This document shows positions 35,220-37,689 of a stretch of DNA of 37,689 nucleotides, in pieces. The notes beneath the pieces were generated by a model that saw only the letters and a list, made by a program, of their open reading frames with translations, was not told the origin of the DNA and made no database searches. Every line of letters starts with the position of its first letter. Position 1 is the stretch's first letter. Source of the stretch: Chiloscyllium plagiosum (Eukaryota). The position numbers were made by a program, and so were the translations under genes. The stretch covers positions 103,408,733-103,446,421 of the forward strand of contig NC_057718.1 of the NCBI RefSeq assembly GCF_004010195.1, given 5' to 3'.

Positions 35220-36350
35220 AACTCCCATGCCTTTGACATTCAGTAGCATTACCCTCACTGAACCGCCCCTCTATCAAATCCTAGGGATTACCATTGACCA
35301 GAAACTGAACTTCTGGATCAGTGGTGCTGGAAGAGCACAGCAATTCAGACAGCATCCAACGAGCAGCGAAATCGACGTTTCGTGCAAAAGCCCTTCATCT
35401 CCCCACCTCCACCCTCCCCTAGCTTATCTCTCCACGCTTCAGGATCTCTGCCTTTATTCCTGATGAAGGGCTTTTGCCCAAAACGTCGATTTCGCTGCTT
35501 GTTGGATGCTGCCTGAACTGCTGTGCTCTTCCAGCACCATGATCCAGAATCTGGTTTCCAGCATCTGCAGTTATTGTTTTTACCTCAGAAACTGAACTTG
35601 TCCAGCCATATAAATACAGTGGCTATGAGAGCAGGGCAGAGGCTGGTAATCCTGCAGTGAGTAACTCACCTCCTGACCGCCACCCTCCCCCTCCCACCCC
35701 CCCAAGCCTATCCACCATCTACAAGGCACAAATTAGGAGCGTGATAGAATACTTCCCACTCGTCTGGATGGGTGCTACCACAACAATACTCAAGAAGTTT
35801 GACACCATCCAGGACAAAGCAGCCATTTGATTGGCACCACATCCACTCCCTCCACCACTGATGGTCAATAGCAGCATTGTGTACTATCTACAAGATGCTC
35901 TGCAGAAATTCATCAAAAACCCATGGTGAATCCACATCCACTTCCAAACCCATGACCACTTCCATCAAGAAGGACAGGGGTAGCAGATACGTGGGATCAC
36001 CACCCCCTACAAGTTCCCTTTAAAGCCACTCACCCTCCCGATTGGAAATATATCGCTGTTCCTTCACTGGGTCAAAATCCTGGAATTCCCTCCCTAAGGG
36101 CATTGTAGGTCTACCTACGGCACGTGAGAGATTCAATGATGGTAACACCATTGAATGTCAATGGCGGTGGTTAGATTGTCTCTTATTGATGACGTTCATG
36201 GTCTGGCATTTGTGTAGCGCAAATGTTACTTGCCACTTGTCAGTTGAACATTGTGCAATCATCAGCTCAAGACGACGGCTCATCACTGCTTTCATAAGGG
36301 TAACTAGGGACTGGCAGTAAATGCTGGCCTAGCCAGAGATGCTTACAAAA
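35220..36350 (+). mobile_element. CR1/L2-group LINE 3' 1 kb, interrupted by a PLE and an inverted fragment
   Basis: ILGITIDQKLN|LSSHINTVAMRAGQRL..LSTIYKAQIRSVIEYFPLVW..TLKKFDTIQDKA. Confidence 0.88.
35313..35585. mobile_element. PLE family C palindrome with 14-bp target-site duplication
   Basis: TSD cagaaactgaactt at 35299-35312 and 35586-35599; ctgatga-agggc-tttt-gccc-aaaacgtc at 35460. Confidence 0.9.
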
Positions 36351-36379
36351 AACGCAATGGCTAAGCACTCACAGCTCTT

Positions 36380-36670
36380 GTGGATAGAGAACTTCAAAGA
36401 TTCACAACCTTCTGAAGAACTTAGCTGCATCTCAGTTTTAAGTGACCAGCCAATTAGCCAGAGTCTATGACCTTTGGCTGTAAACATCCAAACTGCTACA
36501 GGGTCAACACCCTGTAACCTTTGATATATTTCAGTGAGATTTCCTCTCAGGCATCTAAACTTGAGCAATACAGTTGTGGTCTGTTCATCCCCTCATATGA
36601 GGCAGCCTTTTGACTAGTCTGGTACATTTTTGTTGCATTGCTCCTCATTGAAGTGTACCCTTCCTCCAAT
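36380..36670 (-). mobile_element. Old CR1 3' fragment
   Basis: Minus ORF LKFRCLRGNLTEIYQRLQG. Confidence 0.7.
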
Positions 36671-36774
36671 AAAGCAATGAAAACCACTCAGAATTGTCTT
36701 TGTTCTGTTTGGAATGTTATCCCTAATAGTTGAACTGTTGATAACTTTTTTTTCATTTACTTCTGCTGAAATTC

Positions 36775-37689
36775 AATAGACAATAAGTGCAGGAGTAGGC
36801 GATTCTGCCCTTCGAGCCTGCACCACCATTCAATATGATCATGGCTGATCAACCTCAATCAGTGTCCTGTTCCTGCCTTATCACCATAACCCTTGATTCC
36901 ACTATCTTTGAGAGCTCTATCCAACTCCTTCTTAAATGAATCCAGAGACTGGGCCTCCACTGCCCTCTGGGGCAGAGCATTCCACACAGCCACCACTCTC
37001 TGGGTGAAGACGTCTCTCCTCATCTCTGTCCTAAATGGTCTACCCCGTATTTTTAAGCTGTGTCCTCTGGTTCGGCACTCACCCATCAGCAGAAACTTGT
37101 TTCCTGCCTCCAGAGTGTCCAATCCTTGAATAATCTTATTCGTCTCAATCAGATCCCCTCTCAGCCTTCTAAACTCAAGGGTATACAAGCCCAGTCACTC
37201 CAATCTTTCAACATAAGATAGTCCCGCCATTCCAGGAATTGACCTTGTGTACCTACGCTGCACTCCCTCAATAGCCAGAATGTCTTTCCTCAAATTTGGA
37301 GACCAGAACTGCACACAATATTCCAGGTGCGGTCTCACCAGGGCCCTGTACAGCTGCAGAAGAACCTCTTTGCTTCTATAATCAATTCCTCTTGTTATGA
37401 AGGCCAGCATGCTATTAGCTTTCTTCACTACCTGCTGTACCTGCATGCTTGCCTTCATTGACTGGTGTACAAGAACACTCAGATATCTTTGTACTGCCCC
37501 TTTACCTAAATTGATTCAATTGAGGTCGTAGTCTGCCTTCCTGTTCTTGCCGCCAAAGTGGATAACCATACATTTATCCACATTAAACTGCATCTGCCAT
37601 GCATCTGACCACTCACCAAACCTGTAATCTCCTAACATCCTCATCACATTTCACCCAGCTTTGTATCATCAGCAAATTTGCTAATATTA
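36775..37689 (-). mobile_element. Relatively young CR1/HER1 LINE ORF2 3' region, frameshifted
   Basis: LLQLYRALVRPHLEYCVQFWSP and RRLRGDLIETNKII..TRGHSLKI..FTQRVVAVWNALP. Confidence 0.95.

Noticed and set aside
36859..37458. Functional reverse-transcriptase gene
   Set aside because: Frameshifted and internally deleted CR1 ORF2 remnant.

Overview
Repeat-rich vertebrate genomic DNA, almost certainly from an elasmobranch (shark), judged from HE1-type SINEs, HER1/CR1 LINE tails and Deu-domain SINEs. The whole window appears to be intronic sequence of a minus-strand MEIS-family (TALE homeobox) gene. Only one exon is recognisable: 59 bp at 9886-9944, encoding (W)FINARRRIVQPMIDQSNRA. Its donor is a non-canonical GC site. 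A canonical GT donor lies exactly 81 nt further on, in frame, and overlaps a stop codon and an AATAAA, so three splice or 3'-end outcomes are possible. The rest is mostly CR1/HER1, L2-like and Rex1-like LINE fragments, SINEs, two related solo-LTR-like elements in opposite orientation, a 33-bp minisatellite and a near-perfect 237-bp inverted duplication. About ten Penelope-like element (PLE) remnants from about four families carry minimal hammerhead-ribozyme motifs, one with an intact catalytic core in the MEIS sense orientation. Repeat boundaries are approximate (read by eye) and family names come from recognition, not a database search.
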